Of a DNA stretch of 64,000 nt, positions 39,246-49,824 are shown piece after piece. The notes beneath the pieces were generated by a model. It was given only the letters and a program-made list of their open reading frames with translations. It ran no database searches and was not told the origin of the DNA. Position 1 is the first letter of the stretch; each line of letters begins with the position of its first letter. Source of the DNA: Candidatus Heimdallarchaeota archaeon (GTDB lineage: Archaea; Asgardarchaeota; Heimdallarchaeia; JABLTI01); the NCBI GenBank assembly GCA_018238155.1, contig JABCTZ010000017.1:1-64000 (forward strand), in the 5' to 3' direction. The translations under genes and the position numbers were made by a program.

Positions 39246-40628
39246 CTATTTTTTTGCTTTAGCTTTTTTTCGCTCAATTTTACGAATACAAACATCTGCA
39301 ACTTTTACTAAAGGATAAATCGTTTCAGAAACTGCCGGAGCATAACAGAAGTCAATATCCATTATGTCATATACAGTTAAACCAGTTTGTAATGCAAAAG
39401 CAACATAATTGACATTTTCATCAATTTTTTCTTCGCCAATTACTTCTACACCAAGAATTTTTCCATCATTTGCTTGAGCAATAAGTTTGATGGTAATTTC
39501 TTTACTTTCAGGCATGTAATGTGGTCTAATTGGGGCAGAAAGTTTTGCCGTAACAACTTCGATTCCTCTTTCTTTTGCTTGCTCATCATTTAAACCTGCT
39601 AAGCCAACATAAAAAGTTCTTGATGAAACAATGAAGGAGTTAACACTTCCCGGATATATGCCTTTTCCACCTGCAGCATTTATTCCTGCAATTCTTGCTT
39701 GTCTTACTGCTGGACCTGCTAACATAGCAAGACTTGTGCTATTTGTAACTAAATTATTTACAACAACACAATCGCCTGCAGCGTAAATGTCCTTAATACT
39801 TGTTTCCATTTTGTCATTGACAACAATGGCTTTGAATTTATCATGAATCTTTAGGTTCATAGCTTTAGCAAGTTCAACGTTTGGTCGCACTCCCGTTGCT
39901 AAAACAACAAGATCTGCATCAATGGTTTCTTCGAAATCTTTACTACCATATTTGATTTTCTGGACTTTATCTTTACCAATGATTTCTTTTACCATCATCT
40001 CAGTTTTAACAATCAAACCAGTTTCTTCTAAATTTTCTTTTACTAATTTAGCAAATCCACCGGATATTTTGAAAGGCATAAGTTGAGGTTGCATTTCAAT
40101 AATAGTGACCTTTTTACCTAGGTGAACTAATTCAGAAGCAACTTCTATACCAATAGCACTTCCTCCTATCACAACAACATTTTTGACTTCTTTTGCATCA
40201 GCTGCTTGTTTAATTGCTGCAGCATCCTCTGCAAATTTAAGTGAAAAGGCATTTCCCAAATCTCTTCCTGGAATGGGTGGAACAAAAACACAAGAACCAA
40301 TACAGAGAACTAATTTTTCGTACTCAGTAGAAGATTCTTCTCCATTTTTATGTTTATAATATACTTTTTTCTTCTCAGTATCTACCTTTTCTACTATAGA
40401 GTTTTTGTGAAGCGTAATCTTTGATCTTTCATAATTAAGATCTTCAATAATAGAGTCGATATCTGGTAGATAACCACCTATTACAAAAGGCATAGCACAA
40501 GGGTGATAGGTATCATAATCTTTTGAATCTATAACCGTGATTTCTGCCGTTCTATTAGCTAAACGTGCTGCACCTGCTGCACTCATACCTGCGGGACCAT
40601 TCCCAATAATAACAATCTTTTGGCTCAT
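39246..40628 (-). CDS. FAD-dependent NADH oxidase / CoA-disulfide reductase family
   Basis: GNGPAG, YHPCAMP redox Cys, GGSAIG, IYAAGD, CYAPAV. Confidence 0.9.
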   Translation of the reverse strand: MSQKIVIIGNGPAGMSAAGAARLANRTAEITVIDSKDYDTYHPCAMPFVIGGYLPDIDSIIEDLNYERSKITLHKNSIVEKVDTEKKKVYYKHKNGEESSTEYEKLVLCIGSCVFVPPIPGRDLGNAFSLKFAEDAAAIKQAADAKEVKNVVVIGGSAIGIEVASELVHLGKKVTIIEMQPQLMPFKISGGFAKLVKENLEETGLIVKTEMMVKEIIGKDKVQKIKYGSKDFEETIDADLVVLATGVRPNVELAKAMNLKIHDKFKAIVVNDKMETSIKDIYAAGDCVVVNNLVTNSTSLAMLAGPAVRQARIAGINAAGGKGIYPGSVNSFIVSSRTFYVGLAGLNDEQAKERGIEVVTAKLSAPIRPHYMPESKEITIKLIAQANDGKILGVEVIGEEKIDENVNYVAFALQTGLTVYDIMDIDFCYAPAVSETIYPLVKVADVCIRKIERKKAKAKK

Positions 40629-40748
40629 TAGATAACCTTCAATTATATAGATTTTTGATTAAATCAAATAAAGGAATTACTTTATTTGATATTTAAATGC
40701 TAACAAGTAATTGAATTAAATGAAATAAAAGAAAAAAGTTAGAAATAG

Positions 40749-41369
40749 CTAAATTTCTAATTGAAATGCCATATCAGCTGCATTCTTAACAGCAATGCTA
40801 AAACCAGGTTGAAAACCAATTATTGCTGTATCTAGACCATTTGCTTTTGCAGCTCGAAGTAATGGAGCACATCTTGCATGTCTGCTGGCTATAACTACAA
40901 TATCAACATTCTTCGAAAAAACACTATCCATAACTTCAACAACCATACGAATATAGATATCACTTGAAGCAACAATAGGTTCATAGCCACTATTCTCAAC
41001 AGCTTTTAGTAAATTGCGAGGAGCATGACGATTTAGAATTACTTTGGCAATTTTAATTTGTCCTAATTTATTAGCTATTCTCTCAATATCTTCTAGACGA
41101 ATCTGTTTGTTATTCACTCTGCGAAGAATATTTGGTGCATCAATAATTAGCGCTATTTTCTTTTGTTTAGAGAAAATATTCTTCACTGTTTTGAAACCCA
41201 ATGTGCTTCGTTCTTCGATACTCCCACTTCGTGTTGCAGCTGCAGAAGCAACAGAACCTTCTATTTCTTCATCTGCACTATTTTTGTGGTTTTGAGGTGC
41301 GTTTTCATTGGTTTCTGATAAATCTGTCAATTGTAATTCAACCTCTTTATTAAGCGAAGTTTTTGTCAT
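40749..41369 (-). CDS. NYN/LabA (DUF88, TIGR00288-like) PIN-fold protein
   Basis: IALIIDAPNIL, SDIYIRM, AVKNAAD. Confidence 0.8.
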   Translation of the reverse strand: MTKTSLNKEVELQLTDLSETNENAPQNHKNSADEEIEGSVASAAATRSGSIEERSTLGFKTVKNIFSKQKKIALIIDAPNILRRVNNKQIRLEDIERIANKLGQIKIAKVILNRHAPRNLLKAVENSGYEPIVASSDIYIRMVVEVMDSVFSKNVDIVVIASRHARCAPLLRAAKANGLDTAIIGFQPGFSIAVKNAADMAFQLEI

Positions 41370-41496
41370 TTTAATCTATTCGTTACTTCACACTTATCGA
41401 CATAAGTAAAATATAAATAATCCTCGATTGTTGCATTTTATTTGCTAATGATATTTGAAGCATTTGATTTTTGAAATAAAAAAATGGCTGGGAGAA

Positions 41497-43128
41497 TTAA
41501 ACCCTATTTACAAAGGTTTTATTCTCTTTTTTAGAAACTTTCACTAATCCATCTTCTTTCAAATCGGAAACAATGTGTTCAACCACATTATTTGACTGTC
41601 CAACAATCTTAGAAAGATCCTTTATAGCTATTTCGCCACCAATATCCTGAATGGCTAAAAAGACTCTGAATTTTGGAACTCCTTGTAGTGATTTGGTGAG
41701 GCTTTTGATTATAGCTTCTTTCTCATTAGCTGCTTTTTCTAGATCACCAACACTACTTTTAAGATTTTCAAGTTGAATCATAATTTTGTCTCGTTCTTCT
41801 TGAATGGCATTTCTATCTTTTTCAATAACCTCTTGAGTTTTCGAAATTTCAGCAATAGACTTCTCTTTCCCCTCAAATGACTTTTTAATATCCCTTATTT
41901 CTTTCTTAAGATTTTTGAGTTCAGCTTCATTATTGGTTTTCTCTTTAAGCAAATCATTGATTTTTGCCTCTTGAGATGATTTTTCAGATGAAACATTATC
42001 CTTTGCATCTACAATCTGGTCCCTAAGTGAACGAATCTCATCATCTTTAGTATCTATTGCTTTCTCTTTCTCAGTTAGCTCTGCACTAAGATTTGCAGTT
42101 TTCTTTTCAGTTCGCTCTAAGGAATTTTTATTATCAGTTAGCTGGTGCTCTAGAGCTTTGTGATCATCTTGTAATTTTTTGATTTGTGCATCCTTTTCTG
42201 TAGATGAAGAAGCAATTTCTGATTTTGTATCTGTAACATTTTTTCGAAGCTTGTCAATTTCTTTATCTTTTTGTTGAACAGCATCTTTGTAACTATTGAT
42301 TGCTGTTGTTGCCTCTTTCATACTTACTTCTAATTCATCTGCTCGTTGCCTTTCAAGATTGAGAAGTTCATCAAGTTGATTGGTTTTCGCTTCAAATTTT
42401 TCGGAGCTAACAGACTTCATTTGGGAAACACGTTTTTCCATTGAGGTCAGTTGTTCCTTCAAAGCTTCAATGTCCTTCTTTTGTTCAGTAATTACTTCTT
42501 CTTTTTCTTTTGTAGAGACATCTGAATGTTCTCTTTGTTGAGAAAGGTTGCCAAGTTGTGTTTGTAAATCCTCAATTTCCATTCGTTGATTAACTAAGGA
42601 TTCTCCATGTTCCATAACCTGTTTCTCGTACATTTCAATAGTACGTTTCTGTTCATCAGTAATTTCTTGGAGTTTATTAAGTTCTCCAATCTGACCTTCC
42701 CCTCGATTTTTAGAGGTCTGCCGTTCTGTTTCAAACGTCTTCTCTCTTTCGACGAGTTCAATTTTCAATCGATTTGTTTCTTGTTCCAATTCCGCTATTC
42801 GTTGAGTTGCCTCACCGCTAAAGCTTAAGTTACCTGAAAGGGCACTACTTAAAGTATTTCCAAGAATTTTGCTACCATTTCCAGAAGCATTGGTTAGGAT
42901 ATTCTTCATATAATCCAATTCGAGAGATTTGATGGTATCAAATATTTTACTAATCTCTGCAGGAGGATAGCTAGCTTTAGAAGTAGCTAGAAAATTGTTT
43001 ATTTGTTCATCAAATCTTGAGGAAAACTCAAGCTCAATTTTCTGCTTTAGATCTTGCATTTCTGCAAGAAAACGAACAACAGATTGTCTTTTAATTTCAT
43101 CAGCGTTAGGTGGTTGAAGTTCAGGCAT
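41497..43128 (-). CDS. Long coiled-coil protein with C-terminal winged helix
   Basis: About 380 aa of heptad-rich E/K/Q sequence, then IKDLSKIVGQS...VSDLKEDGLVKV. Confidence 0.75.
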   Translation of the reverse strand: MPELQPPNADEIKRQSVVRFLAEMQDLKQKIELEFSSRFDEQINNFLATSKASYPPAEISKIFDTIKSLELDYMKNILTNASGNGSKILGNTLSSALSGNLSFSGEATQRIAELEQETNRLKIELVEREKTFETERQTSKNRGEGQIGELNKLQEITDEQKRTIEMYEKQVMEHGESLVNQRMEIEDLQTQLGNLSQQREHSDVSTKEKEEVITEQKKDIEALKEQLTSMEKRVSQMKSVSSEKFEAKTNQLDELLNLERQRADELEVSMKEATTAINSYKDAVQQKDKEIDKLRKNVTDTKSEIASSSTEKDAQIKKLQDDHKALEHQLTDNKNSLERTEKKTANLSAELTEKEKAIDTKDDEIRSLRDQIVDAKDNVSSEKSSQEAKINDLLKEKTNNEAELKNLKKEIRDIKKSFEGKEKSIAEISKTQEVIEKDRNAIQEERDKIMIQLENLKSSVGDLEKAANEKEAIIKSLTKSLQGVPKFRVFLAIQDIGGEIAIKDLSKIVGQSNNVVEHIVSDLKEDGLVKVSKKENKTFVNRV

Positions 43129-43334
43129 ATTCAGACCTCTTCAATAATGCATTTTATACTAATATCTGATAATTATCACTCTTATATGCACAAGTAAGCT
43201 TGATAATACTTTTTCACTTTATTAATCATTTAGTTTGAGGAATATATATCTTTCACCTTATTCTTAAACATTAAAAACATCTAGAGAATATTATTTTTTC
43301 CTATAGAGCACATTCTTAAGCATAAGAAACACAG

Positions 43335-44036
43335 TTAATTTTCTTTTTCCTCAGAAAGATTCACAGGTATCTGAAGAATGTCATCGATATACAAATAGAA
43401 ATTAGTGAAAAACGAATGCAGTTTAGTGAAAGGAACAACAGGTACATTTTCATGAAAATATACTGAATCATCTAACCATGTAACTATCATAGGTATTATT
43501 ATTCCCTTTTTCCATTTTCTTACGTTAATTTTACTTTTCAGTTTGTTGATATTTATTACTAGAGCTTCAGTTCGAATTATCTGTTCGGTAACTGCAGTAC
43601 GTAAAACAGACTGCTTTCCCGTGCCTCCAAAATGTTTACAATCAATAAGAAGTATGTACGGTTTATTCTTCAAGATGACATCAATTTGATACTTTCTCTC
43701 TTCTGTTGAGAAATTCAAACCAGTTTTTGCTATATATCCGAACTCATCACTAACCATAGTAGTTAATAGTTCAAATTCTTGCCAAGATAATTGTTTGATG
43801 ATTTTATCCCAATCTACACCATTCTTTGCACCATATAATACTAATTGAGCTCTCTGCTCTCGAGTAATTTGAAAGTTACCATCTATGGTTGGCTGTAGTT
43901 GTATTCCAATTTGTTCTATTTCCCTCAAAAAAGAATTTATCTTGTAAAGATTTACTTCTTCCTTCAATTCATCTAACAGAAGGTACGGAACATCTTTTGT
44001 TTTTTGTAGAACTACTAGAAGTAGCTTTTTATACAA
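43335..44036 (-). CDS. PD-(D/E)xK restriction-endonuclease-like (Mrr/NERD-like) protein
   Basis: LSWQEFE, YQIDVIL, LLIDCKH. Confidence 0.75.
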   Translation of the reverse strand: MYKKLLLVVLQKTKDVPYLLLDELKEEVNLYKINSFLREIEQIGIQLQPTIDGNFQITREQRAQLVLYGAKNGVDWDKIIKQLSWQEFELLTTMVSDEFGYIAKTGLNFSTEERKYQIDVILKNKPYILLIDCKHFGGTGKQSVLRTAVTEQIIRTEALVININKLKSKINVRKWKKGIIIPMIVTWLDDSVYFHENVPVVPFTKLHSFFTNFYLYIDDILQIPVNLSEEKEN

Positions 44037-44165
44037 GGATTATCTCTCCGGTTAAGATGCAGTGTTGATTTCTAATTAAAAATCATTTTGGTTAGATAAT
44101 AGATTAACTTTAAGAGTTGAAATGCTTTTATTTGAAAAGGAAGAATACATTATCTAGATTAGAAG

Positions 44166-45131
44166 GTGAATAAAATAGACCAAAAAATTGTTGTTACAGG
44201 CGGATGTGGGTTCATTGGTAGTAACATTGTTAAAAAGCTGGTTAGTATTGGTTATTCAGTAAAAGTTATTGATGATTTATCTGCAGGAAAAGTAGAGTAT
44301 ATTGAGGAACCTATGAAAGATAGGGAAAAATGTATTTTTGTTAAAGGAAGTATAACTGATTCCGAGTTTCTCAAAAGAGAATTCGAGGGTTATGATGCAA
44401 TACTGCACGAAGCCGCAAATCCAGATGTAAGAACCAGTAAGGATAACATCTTCAAGGATTTTGAAATCAATGTTTTAGGAACATTGAACGTGTTACAAGC
44501 AATGACCAGTAATAAAATAACAAAAATCGTTTTTGCCTCATCAGGAGGAACAGTTTATGGAGAAACAAAAGTAATACCAACTCCTGAAGATCATCGCTTA
44601 GATCCAATCAGTCACTATGGAGCTTCAAAAGCTTCATGTGAACAATACATGGCCAGTTATGCTAGTTTGTATGAAATTGATGCTATTACATTGCGGTTAG
44701 GCAATATTTTCGGTCCTCCATCAAATCACGGAGTAATGCGAGATTTCTTCATGAAATTAAAGAAGAATCCAAATACATTGGAAATTCTTGGAAATGGGAA
44801 ACAAATAAAATCCTATCTCTATATTGATGATTGTGTGGATGCACATATACGCGCATTACAAACACAACTTAGTGGACATACAGCTTTTAACATAGCAACC
44901 TCTGAAGGGATAACTGTAAATGAAATTGCTGACAGTGTAGTCTCTGTAATGGGATTAGATAATGTAGAATACTCTTATACTGGTGGTGAAAGAGGTTGGG
45001 CAGGAGATGTCAAAAAAGCAGTATCTGATACTTCAAAAGCAGAAAGGGAATTGCAATGGAAACCAAAAACATCAATTAAAGATGGTATTAGGAAGTATAT
45101 TTCATGGTTGGAAAAGGAATCTCAAGGATAG
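44166..45131 (+). CDS. NAD-dependent epimerase/dehydratase (UDP-glucose 4-epimerase-like)
   Basis: TGGCGFIG, YGASK, GWAGDV. Confidence 0.92.
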   Translation: MNKIDQKIVVTGGCGFIGSNIVKKLVSIGYSVKVIDDLSAGKVEYIEEPMKDREKCIFVKGSITDSEFLKREFEGYDAILHEAANPDVRTSKDNIFKDFEINVLGTLNVLQAMTSNKITKIVFASSGGTVYGETKVIPTPEDHRLDPISHYGASKASCEQYMASYASLYEIDAITLRLGNIFGPPSNHGVMRDFFMKLKKNPNTLEILGNGKQIKSYLYIDDCVDAHIRALQTQLSGHTAFNIATSEGITVNEIADSVVSVMGLDNVEYSYTGGERGWAGDVKKAVSDTSKAERELQWKPKTSIKDGIRKYISWLEKESQG

Positions 45132-45136
45132 CATTC

Positions 45137-45802
45137 CTAGTTCTCTGATAAAATCTGAATGAGTTCTACCATAGAGCGAATGTGCTTCCAAATAGTTATT
45201 CCATATTTTTGAGCATCCAATAAATCATTACGTATTAAGATAAAAGATACTTTAGCTTCATTTGCAGCTTTTGCATCAATCCATGAATCACCAACAAAAA
45301 GGACTTCGTCGGGTTGAAGCCCCATTTTTGATAAAATGAGTTCAATACCTTCTTTATCTGGTTTCATCTTTGTAACATCTTCTCGTGCAACAATTAGAGA
45401 AAAATAGTTGGTCATGTTGAATTTTGTTAAAACTTCCATAGTTGGATTACAAGCGTTATTAGTTAATAGAGCAGATTCAATTTCTAATTTCATAATTGAG
45501 TCCAATGTTGTAAGAACATCTTGATCAATAGTGATATTTTCCATTCCTTTACGTTCAAATTCCTCGACAATTTCCCATAATTCCGGGACTAGTATAGTAC
45601 CATTTCTTTTATCAAAAGATTCAGCTTTGTCGATGATATTTCCGGCAGTATATTTGTGAGGAATCTCTTCTTCACTTCCGAATTCTAAACCAAATTTGGT
45701 TGTTAAACGTGCCATTTCAACTTTCATTTTTGGAAAATCAATATTCGATTTAACTAGGGTGTTATCAAAGTCAAAGATAATACATTTCAAGGAATTGATC
45801 AC
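45137..45802 (-). CDS. HAD-family hydrolase
   Basis: FDFDNTL, KPD, FVGDSWID. Confidence 0.9.
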   Translation of the reverse strand: MINSLKCIIFDFDNTLVKSNIDFPKMKVEMARLTTKFGLEFGSEEEIPHKYTAGNIIDKAESFDKRNGTILVPELWEIVEEFERKGMENITIDQDVLTTLDSIMKLEIESALLTNNACNPTMEVLTKFNMTNYFSLIVAREDVTKMKPDKEGIELILSKMGLQPDEVLFVGDSWIDAKAANEAKVSFILIRNDLLDAQKYGITIWKHIRSMVELIQILSEN

Positions 45803-45805
45803 TAT

Positions 45806-47014
45806 TCAATCACCTTTTTTCACAACAGAATGTGCTACTATTTTACATCCTTTTGTAATAGTAACATTTGCTGATAAGAGTGCTTTCCCACCAATAATAA
45901 CAAAATCCTCTAGCTTGTCACGATCGCGTTCTGCGATCAATAATTCTTCTGAAAGCTCTATTGGAGTAATTTTAGTATTAGAACCTACCACTACTTCTTC
46001 CCCTATAATTGTGGATGAAAATTCACAATTGGCTCCAATACGAGACTTGTTCATCAACAAAGTTTCAGCAATAATACTATCACCACCAATTTCACAATCG
46101 GAACCAATATAGACTCGTGGACCGATTTTAGACCCCGTTTCAATAAGTGTTCCTTTGCCAACAAGAACGGGTCCTTTGAAGAAAACACTAGAGAATTCTA
46201 TTTCTACATCCGCTTCAAAGAATATATCTTTGACAGCTTTGAAACCGATTTCTCCGCCTGAATGAAATTGCATTTTAAGCATTTTCTCTTTTGGAAGGAA
46301 AAATCTCTGAGCATTGAATAAATCAATAGGATTCTCAATACTCATCCAATTATCAGTAATTAACGCACCAAGAACTCCTTTCTCGCCAAGAAGGGAAATG
46401 GTATCAGTTATTTCGAATTCTCCTCTCTCTGAAAGAGGTGTTGCTCGAATAGTATCAAAAAGATCATTACCAAAAAGGTAAATTCCCGCATTGATGTACC
46501 TTTGCTCACCGTTAGCAGATCCTCCTTTTGCCTTTTCTTTAATATCAAGAACTTTCCCATCATCAGTAATTCGAAGTAACCCATATCGTTCATCATCTCC
46601 TGGAAAAACAACCATAGAACATTTGGCTTTGATTTTTTCATGATGATCAATTAATTCGGGAATGATCACATCCAAAGGTGCAAGAATATCTCCATTCATA
46701 ACTAAACAATGTTTTTCATTACCAACAAAAGGCTCTGCTTGTGCGATAGCATCTGCTGTACCTTGTGCTGGATCTTGGATAGTGATTTCAATTTTATCGG
46801 AATATTCCTTACATGAAAAAATAGCACTCATTTTATCAACTTGTCCTGGAGAAACAACTAAAACCAATTTATCCATTAAACCTGATTCTTGAATCATATC
46901 TGCCATATGCACTAAAAGAGGTTCATTCATAATAGGTAATGACCCCTTCAAACGAGTTTCTGTTAAGGGTCGTAATCGTTTCGCTTGTCCGGCTGCAATA
47001 ATAATAACAATCAA
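45806..47014 (-). CDS. Sugar-1-phosphate nucleotidyltransferase (GlmU/GCD1-like) with left-handed beta-helix
   Basis: AAGQAKRLRPLT, GTADA, NGD, SERGEFEITD, hexapeptide repeats. Confidence 0.88.
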   Translation of the reverse strand: MIVIIIAAGQAKRLRPLTETRLKGSLPIMNEPLLVHMADMIQESGLMDKLVLVVSPGQVDKMSAIFSCKEYSDKIEITIQDPAQGTADAIAQAEPFVGNEKHCLVMNGDILAPLDVIIPELIDHHEKIKAKCSMVVFPGDDERYGLLRITDDGKVLDIKEKAKGGSANGEQRYINAGIYLFGNDLFDTIRATPLSERGEFEITDTISLLGEKGVLGALITDNWMSIENPIDLFNAQRFFLPKEKMLKMQFHSGGEIGFKAVKDIFFEADVEIEFSSVFFKGPVLVGKGTLIETGSKIGPRVYIGSDCEIGGDSIIAETLLMNKSRIGANCEFSSTIIGEEVVVGSNTKITPIELSEELLIAERDRDKLEDFVIIGGKALLSANVTITKGCKIVAHSVVKKGD

Positions 47015-47126
47015 CAGTGATCACCAAGATAATTACAAACAATCAAAGAATGAATACTCTTACTTATTTTAATACTATCATTGACTTTATGATTAGAAGA
47101 AAAGACAAGTACAAATAAGAGAAAAA

Positions 47127-47148
47127 TCTCAGCGGAAAGAAGCTGAGA
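47127..47148 (-). terminator. Hairpin downstream of the UEV gene
   Basis: TCTCAGC-8 nt-GCTGAGA flanked by A/T runs. Confidence 0.45.
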
Positions 47149-47170
47149 AAAAAATAAAATAACAAATAAG

Positions 47171-47854
47171 CTAGCTTATTTGTGTGATGATCTGAAGTTG
47201 TTTGCGAATTCGGAGATAATTTTTAGCAAAATCGGTAGCAGAATAATCTGCCCAGTGGAACTTCTCCTCGCAATCAAAGAGCTCCTCTTCAAGATGTAAC
47301 TTTCGACGTTCAAGATATTTTTCACGTTCTGAGCTTCGATCAAGAGATGAACGACCACTCATTCCTGCACGAATACTAGCTAGCTCTTGTTCTTTTTGGC
47401 GTAGAACTTCCTCAAGTTGAGCTTTCTGTCGAGTGAAAACTTTAATTGCGTTAGCAGGTTTTGAGGCAGCTGAAATTGGTCTAGCACCTTTCTCAAGTAA
47501 ATGTCTCGCAGGGCGGAGAGGCTCTCGAGCAAATAACCCTTTAATGGAATTTGCAACTTGGAATATATGATACTCTGGATTCCATTTCTTAACAATCCAG
47601 AGGTCAATAATTTTGCCTTCAGTAACCCTAGGGTGCTCTACTTCAGAAATCATTTTAACAATAGGAGGAGTAGCGGGAAAACCACCGATAATTTCAATTT
47701 CAACAGTGAAGAAGCGATTGGAAAATTCGCCCCTGCCTGGAATAAGACCTTTCCATCGAGTCATATCACCTTTGATAGGTTCAAACCCACGACCCTTCTC
47801 ATACATCCAACGTGCCTCACGGGCAATGACAAGATCTGGAATATTTTTAATCAT
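47171..47854 (-). CDS. UEV (Cys-less E2 variant)-coiled coil-steadiness box protein, Vps23/Vps37 (ESCRT-I)-like
   Basis: FPATPP...EHPRV..GKIIDLWIV lacks the catalytic Cys; coiled coil; C-terminal EEKF...YSATDFAKNYLRIRKQL; ATG at 47854 preferred over 47989. Confidence 0.72.
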   Translation of the reverse strand: MIKNIPDLVIAREARWMYEKGRGFEPIKGDMTRWKGLIPGRGEFSNRFFTVEIEIIGGFPATPPIVKMISEVEHPRVTEGKIIDLWIVKKWNPEYHIFQVANSIKGLFAREPLRPARHLLEKGARPISAASKPANAIKVFTRQKAQLEEVLRQKEQELASIRAGMSGRSSLDRSSEREKYLERRKLHLEEELFDCEEKFHWADYSATDFAKNYLRIRKQLQIITQIS

Positions 47855-48415
47855 TATACTATCAACCACTTTTATTTTCTTTTTTATAAAATTGATACTA
47901 TTCGTATCTCTACTTCTTATAGGGCTCTTACCCTTATTATTTATTTGCAATTCAACATTATAAAAGTGATTAATTGACATTATTCGCATTAAATTAAAAA
48001 TGGGCAGTTGATTTTCTCTGCTAAAATATAAAAATTCACTTATCGAACCTCGAATATTATACTTACATTTATCAACCTACAGAATTTCTCTAATTCATTG
48101 AATCAAAGAACTATTGAAAAAATCGTTTCAAAAACTATTTCCTTTGAATGATGAATTAGTTTCTGTATAGTTAATGTTATGAAAAACAACAATTTGAGAA
48201 TGAAAAAATTTCTATTGAAAGAAAGAATTATAAATAGATAGTCTCAACTTCGTCAAGTGATAAAGAAAACTTTATCTTTGTTAGAGATGCTGAGATGCAT
48301 TCTATTCTTAGTCTATGAATAAAGCTGAAACTGAGAGTGTAACCAACTCAAAGAACGAGTAGGCTTAGAACATAGCCCGAGAAAATCAAATAAAAAACTT
48401 CAAGGTTATATAAAA

Positions 48416-48856
48416 ATGCCAACGGCTTATGACGTTCCTGCAGAAGACTTGATCAAAGAAGTTGCAAAGGAACTAAAGAAATCAAAGAAAATAACTCCGC
48501 CCGAATGGGCAAGCTACGTTAAGACAGGATCATTTAAGCAACATGCCCCAAGAGAAGAAGATTGGTGGTTCATCCGTTGTGCATCTCTATTACGTAAGCT
48601 CTATGTTAGTGGTCCAATCGGAACTTCCCATCTAAGAAAAGAGTACGGTGGATTAAGAAGAGGAAGAAATAGACCAGAGAAGTTCACAAGAGCAAGTGGA
48701 GCAGTTATACGAAAAGCTTTACAACAATTGGAAAAAGCTGATTTAGTGACCTCAGACAGAAAAGGCAGAGTTGTTTCAGCAAAAGGGCGATCAATGCTTG
48801 ATAAAACTGCAGCACAAATCATAAAAGAACAATATCCCGAACTCAAAAAATATTAG
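48416..48856 (+). CDS. rps19e: 30S ribosomal protein S19e
   Basis: PEWASYVKTG, WWFIRCASLLRKLY, YGG, IRKALQQLE. Confidence 0.97.
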   Translation: MPTAYDVPAEDLIKEVAKELKKSKKITPPEWASYVKTGSFKQHAPREEDWWFIRCASLLRKLYVSGPIGTSHLRKEYGGLRRGRNRPEKFTRASGAVIRKALQQLEKADLVTSDRKGRVVSAKGRSMLDKTAAQIIKEQYPELKKY

Positions 48857-48894
48857 TTCTTGAACGATGATTAGTAAATGTGAGAGAAAAAAAT

Positions 48895-49233
48895 ATGTCC
48901 CAAGATAAAGAGCTTGAAGAATTGCGAAAAAGAAGAGAAGCTGAATTACAATCTCAAGCAGGAACACAAGCGCAAGCACAAGCTCAAAGAGCAGAAATTG
49001 ATGCTCAAAAAGCAGTGATCCTACGACAAATTCTCACACCAAAAGCAAGAGACCGATTAGCAAATATCAAGATGGCTAGAGCCGATTTTGCTGAAAAATT
49101 AGAAAACCAACTAATTCAATTAGCGTCAAGTGGGAACCTTCGAGGCCAAATGACCGAAGAACAATTAGTGGAAATCTTGCGACGATTGCAATCTGGAAAA
49201 AGAGAAAGTACTATCGAGTTTAAAAGAAAATAA
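48895..49233 (+). CDS. PDCD5/TFAR19-family DNA-binding protein
   Basis: ILRQILTPKARDRLANIKM; conserved position after rps19e. Confidence 0.93.
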   Translation: MSQDKELEELRKRREAELQSQAGTQAQAQAQRAEIDAQKAVILRQILTPKARDRLANIKMARADFAEKLENQLIQLASSGNLRGQMTEEQLVEILRRLQSGKRESTIEFKRK

Positions 49234-49254
49234 TAACAAAGGAAGGAAAAAACA

Positions 49255-49410
49255 ATGGGTCGAAGTGTACCACTAGGAAAAAAATTAAGAATGGCAAAAG
49301 CAAAAAGAAGAACACACGGTGTTCCAACCTGGGTTGTTATGAAAACCTCTGGTAAAGTAAGAAACCACCCCAAGAAGCGACACTGGCAGAGAAATAATCT
49401 GAAAGTGTGA
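49255..49410 (+). CDS. rpl39e: 50S ribosomal protein L39e (not in the ORF track)
   Basis: MGRSVPLGKKLRMAKAKRRTHGVPTWVVMKTSGKVRNHPKKRHWQRNNLKV. Confidence 0.95.
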   Translation: MGRSVPLGKKLRMAKAKRRTHGVPTWVVMKTSGKVRNHPKKRHWQRNNLKV

Positions 49411-49449
49411 TTACGATTAATGAATCAATGTTAAGTGAGATGATACCCA

Positions 49450-49824
49450 ATGAGCTCAGAAGAAGTTGAAATCGAGGAAAGAATTTATACGATTCCGTTC
49501 TACCCCAAGCTTAAATTATCTACACGCTATAAACGTGCTCCTCGTGCTATTAGAATTATGAAGGAATTCATTTACCGTCATATGAAAGCTGAGGATATCA
49601 TTATCGATAATGAATTGAATGAATTCATTTGGGCACGCGGCATCCAAAAGCCACCTCGAAAAGTGCGTGTACGTGCAATTAAAGATGAAGATGGTATTGT
49701 AGAACTCTATTTAGTTGAAAAGAAAGTTGCTACAGAGGCAAGAATTCCCGAAGTCCGCAGAAAACCAGGACGAGGCGAACTCCGCCCACCCGAAGACGAA
49801 GATATCGAAGAAGAAGAAGACTGA
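49450..49824 (+). CDS. rpl31e: 50S ribosomal protein L31e
   Basis: ERIYTIP, KRAPRAI, IWARGIQKPPRKVRV. Confidence 0.96.
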   Translation: MSSEEVEIEERIYTIPFYPKLKLSTRYKRAPRAIRIMKEFIYRHMKAEDIIIDNELNEFIWARGIQKPPRKVRVRAIKDEDGIVELYLVEKKVATEARIPEVRRKPGRGELRPPEDEDIEEEED

